NCBI RefSeq assembly: GCF_018350175.1
Contig: NC_058368.1
Location: forward strand, 214,522,001-214,586,000
From: Felis catus
Taxonomy: Eukaryota
Direction of reading: 5' to 3'
DNA length: 64,000 nt
Below are positions 60,530 to 64,000 of the stretch, one piece after another (within the stretch, counting starts at the first letter, position 1; each line of letters begins with the position of its first letter). The notes under the pieces are model-generated. The model had not been told where the DNA came from, ran no database searches, and saw only the letters and a program-made list of their open reading frames with translations. A program made the position numbers and the translations under genes.

Positions 60530-60645
60530 ACTTTATAGATGAGAAAACTAGGTTCGAAGATGATGGTAGTAACATGCTCAAGGGAACACAGAGAAGCTGG
60601 CCAAATTGGGATTTGCATCCATGTGTGAATCTCAAGCCCAGGCCT
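60530..60645 (-). mobile_element. MIR core fragment
   Basis: 'tttatagatgagaaaactaggttc...gtaacatgctcaagggaacacag...gggatttgcatcc'. Confidence 0.65.
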
Positions 60646-61724
60646 TTTTGGTTTGTTTTTGCTTCAAACACTGTATCCCTTGATTTTCAGGGCAGCATAA
60701 CAGATGACCCAGAGCAGCCAGCGTGCTAAGTCAGGACTTACGCATCTCTCCTGTACCATGGATGCACAGGGTGGGTCGGCACTCTAGTGGAACCAGTGCC
60801 TTCTGCAGATAAGCCTTGTCATCAGGCTTTTGATTACATTTCCCCTGCTATTTCACTTCCCTGAAAGAGAGTAATTTTGGCCTTGATCCTTTGCCATTGA
60901 CTCTCTTATCTCTTTTACTTCTCCTTGCCAAACAAGATTGGAATCTCGTCCCAGCAATAATGTGACTAAAAGTGCAGTTCTAATGAGTGACTACATTCCT
61001 TCCAATGGGATGATTACTAAGTATCACTACTTTGCACCCAACTTGAGGCATTTCTCATTGTCTGAACTCTTGCTGTAGACTTGGTTAGGTAAGAATGCCA
61101 GCCCAAATTAATATGGGCCACATGGCCTTTTGGATGCTGTCTTTTTGTTTAATGCTCATTCCCTCAGGGATGAGTACTGAGTTCCACTCAGATGGACTAC
61201 TTGGAACTCCCAGATTCCACCGTGTCCTGCTCATGTTGATGCCGTCAGGACCTTTCCTCCCTGTTACTCAACTAACTTCTTTTCCTTCTACTTTCATTTC
61301 ATGCATCTCCTACTCCAAACTTTCCAAGACAGCATTAGGTTTAGGTTCCAGACAGACTTAGGGTTCTTTTCCATGAGTTCCCAATCGTGTTACAGTGTTC
61401 TGCATTGTATTATAAATGTTTGTTTCTCAGAATCAGCAACATCTTAGATGGAGGGCCTGTGTTTTCATCTTTCTAGCTCCTGTGCCAGCAACAAAGATTC
61501 TGGAGCCACTGAAGGTGTGTCCAACTCAAGACTGACTGAATGAACAAAAACAATGGGTCTTTGAAATGATGTAAACATAAATCCTTAAATGTATATATTC
61601 CATGTATAGACACTTTCTATAAATGACTTCCACTTTTGGTCTTACTTTAAAATTATTGAAAAAGTCTCTTAGTGTAAGTGTACTAGGAAATGCCATACCC
61701 ATTCTGTAAAAGAAAGTAGAGAAA

Positions 61725-61965
61725 TGAACTAATATTTATTAAATACCATGTCAAGTACTGACTAGGACTGGCATATATATATGTTATTCCATTGAATATT
61801 TACAGCATTTCCATAGGCAAGTATATTTTATTTTCATTTTATGGATGAATAAACTAGGTTTTAAAGAAGTTGAGTTACCTTCAGAAAATCTAACACTTAG
61901 GAAGTAGTAAAAATGGGACAGAATCCCAGGAGAGAAAGGACTCAAAAATCTTGTAGCCTTAAATG
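61725..61965 (-). mobile_element. MIR SINE
   Basis: 'aactaatatttattaaataccatgtcaagtactg...cattttatggatgaataaactagg..ttaaagaagttgagttacct'. Confidence 0.7.
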
Positions 61966-62740
61966 CTCACTCTGCAATTAATATGTTTAAAATTTGGGGC
62001 AATTATTTATTCTTCCTAAGACTCTTCTGTGTATATGCACATCTGTGTGTATGGGCACACCTGTGTGCATGAACCATGGAGCTGAGAATTCCTGATCATA
62101 GGTATGTTGCAAGGATAACTGAGCTAATACACATAAAGTGTGTAGCAAAATGCCAGGTATTAATAGCTTGGATGATGATCATTCTGCTTTCATAGCCTAA
62201 TAATTACCGAGTATATAGTCTTTTCTCTTATCACCATACTACGCTTCCATTAGAACAAGCAAATCTCTGCCATATTGTGGATATCAGGAAACAGCATATG
62301 GCTCCTAGAGAGCTGCAAAGTGGGCAAAGAAACATCTTTAAACCATTCCTGAGAAATTATACTAGTAAGATATTCCTTAAAGAATGATAGAAGTCCAAGG
62401 AAGACTTAGAAACGAGGTCCATTTTGTAATATGCCCAGGAAGATCCAACCCTGGTGGATTCTTATCCACTGTAGCCTGACATTTGGGGTGTCTGGCTGCA
62501 CTGGATCATGTATGAATTTTATTCATTGTGGTCTCTGCATGTTGGGAATTGCTTTAGGTGTTTGGAATTCCCCAGAGGAGAGGATCCAGCCAGGTGTTCT
62601 CTAAGCAATGCCAAGGATAAATAGATGCTCTCTTATGCTGTTAGTTCATAGCTCACATGGAGATAGGTCTCAGGGACTGTATCTTTATTTGTGAAGGGTA
62701 AGGACCAAGCTTGGGCTTGGATTTTTCTCTGCTATTTCTT

Positions 62741-62953
62741 CTTTTTTTTAATGTTTTTATTTTTGAGAGAGAGAGAGACAGAAAACATGCACAAGCAGGG
62801 GAGGGGCAGAGAGAGAGAGACACAGAATCTGAAGCAGATCCAGACTCTGAGCTGTCAGCAAAGAGCCAGATGCGGGGCTTGAACCCACAACCTGTGAGAT
62901 CATGACCTGAGTAGAAGTCAAGTGATTAACCAGCTGAGCCACCCAGGCACCCC
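62741..62953 (-). mobile_element. CAN-SINE
   Basis: Perfect 15-bp TSD tctctgctatttctt at 62726-62740 and 62956-62970. Confidence 0.96.
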
Positions 62954-64000
62954 AGTCTCTGCTATTTCTTTAGCTCCCCTCAAAGACAAAGTACCAGCTG
63001 ACTAACTCACTGAGGCAAGCCACAAAAAGAAAAGGGGGAAAAAATGCCGACCTGGTAGATGTGGCATGCAAATACTACCTACGTGTGGAAGAAGTTCAAA
63101 AATGTGACAAAGTAATAAAGTCTTTTATTTTTGTAAATTGGAGAAGATGCATCAGACAAAGTGAAGGAGAAAATCAAGGAAGATAAAAATATTTCTCTAT
63201 GTATAGCGGCTGTCAAAGCATTGTGCTTACGGATGCTACATTAACTGCCTCCAGCGTGCTTCTGTGCTTCTTAAGGCAGTAGAAGCTTTCAGGGCCAAGT
63301 GGAGCTGCACTTCACAGTTCCTCTTAATGAAGTCAGTGAGAGCCCTCTGAATAAAAATGCCTCAAAGGATGTGGAATGGAATGAGAATCAGGTTCACCAA
63401 AATGATAAAAAACATACAGATTAAGTAAAAGAAATTTTACCTCAGAGCATTGACAAGAATTGTCTCGGCTCCTTGGGGAGCTCAAGCCTGTGTAGGCAGC
63501 ATTCATGGTAGAATTTCCTTTCTAAAACTTGGCTTTTTAAGAGCTGCCGTAACTTGAATCAAAGGGTCTTGTGAAAACGGAAGTTGGCATTTTTTTTTTA
63601 AACTTTCTGAGTTGTTAGGGAAGCCCCTTCAAATGAAATTAACTTTAGATCCTGGAAAACAGTGTTTTCCCTATGAAACACAATTCATGCACTTCAGATG
63701 AGCTAAAATACAATATTTTATTCATTGAGTGGGTGGGGAGGGTTTAGGAATTACTTTTAAAAGAACTAAAACAGTTCAAAGCCATTTCTTAAAAATATCT
63801 TATTGCATTGTAGAAAGATCTCTCACTGCTCTTATTGAAGATTTGGTTCTGTTAGTAATGATTTCTTACCCTTGCCTACAAATTCTATGATTCATTTCTG
63901 TTATAACATTCTCTGTTTTATGAAAAGGGTTTTTTTCCTTTTAAAATCCAATCTTACCTGTGATTAGTCCTGCCCTACTTTCCCATGTCACCTTCAAAAA

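Noticed and set aside
59200..62680. MLT1-like LTR fragments near 59250-59620 and 62350-62680
   Set aside because: Plausible but too degraded to give reliable boundaries or a family.
232..62942. The many 60-150 aa ORFs in the ORF track as host genes
   Set aside because: They are antisense or off-frame readings of L1, SINE, L2 or microsatellites (ERERE, SLSLS, CVCVC, REEKR), or short ORFs expected by chance, many with non-ATG starts; none resembles a known protein.
1609..62953. tRNA-like A/B-box sequences as tRNA genes
   Set aside because: All are heads of tRNA-derived CAN-SINEs, followed by CT tracts and A-tails, often with TSDs.
63040..63090. Octamer (atgcaaat) and a partial CTCF-like motif
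   Set aside because: The octamer occurs several times in this AT-rich window and the CTCF match is poor; not supportable without conservation data.

Overview
64 kb of AT-rich mammalian nuclear DNA, almost certainly from a felid, because it carries young CpG-rich SINEC_Fc-type CAN-SINEs and a cat-type L1. No host protein-coding gene, RNA gene or CRISPR array can be supported. The region looks intronic or intergenic and is densely populated by transposable elements. It contains two decayed but structurally full-length L1 elements of different ages (about 5850-12577 and 34366-40102, both on the minus strand), several truncated L1s, 17 CAN-SINEs (many with visible target-site duplications, TSDs), old L2, MIR, MaLR/ERVL LTR and DNA-transposon fossils, microsatellites and small tandem duplications. 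I found no convincing new biological system. The most interesting structures are: (i) a ~1.4 kb ERV-derived insert shaped like a retroviral RNA (R-U5-PBS-internal-PPT-U3-R, long TSD), suggesting L1-mediated retrocopying of an ERV transcript; (ii) a SINE carrying a second copy of its own tail inside one TSD; (iii) an internal ORF2 fragment fused to the 5' end of a full-length L1; (iv) local duplications, one of which shows a microsatellite arising. Family names for old repeats come from recalled consensus similarity, not from a database search, and their boundaries are approximate.
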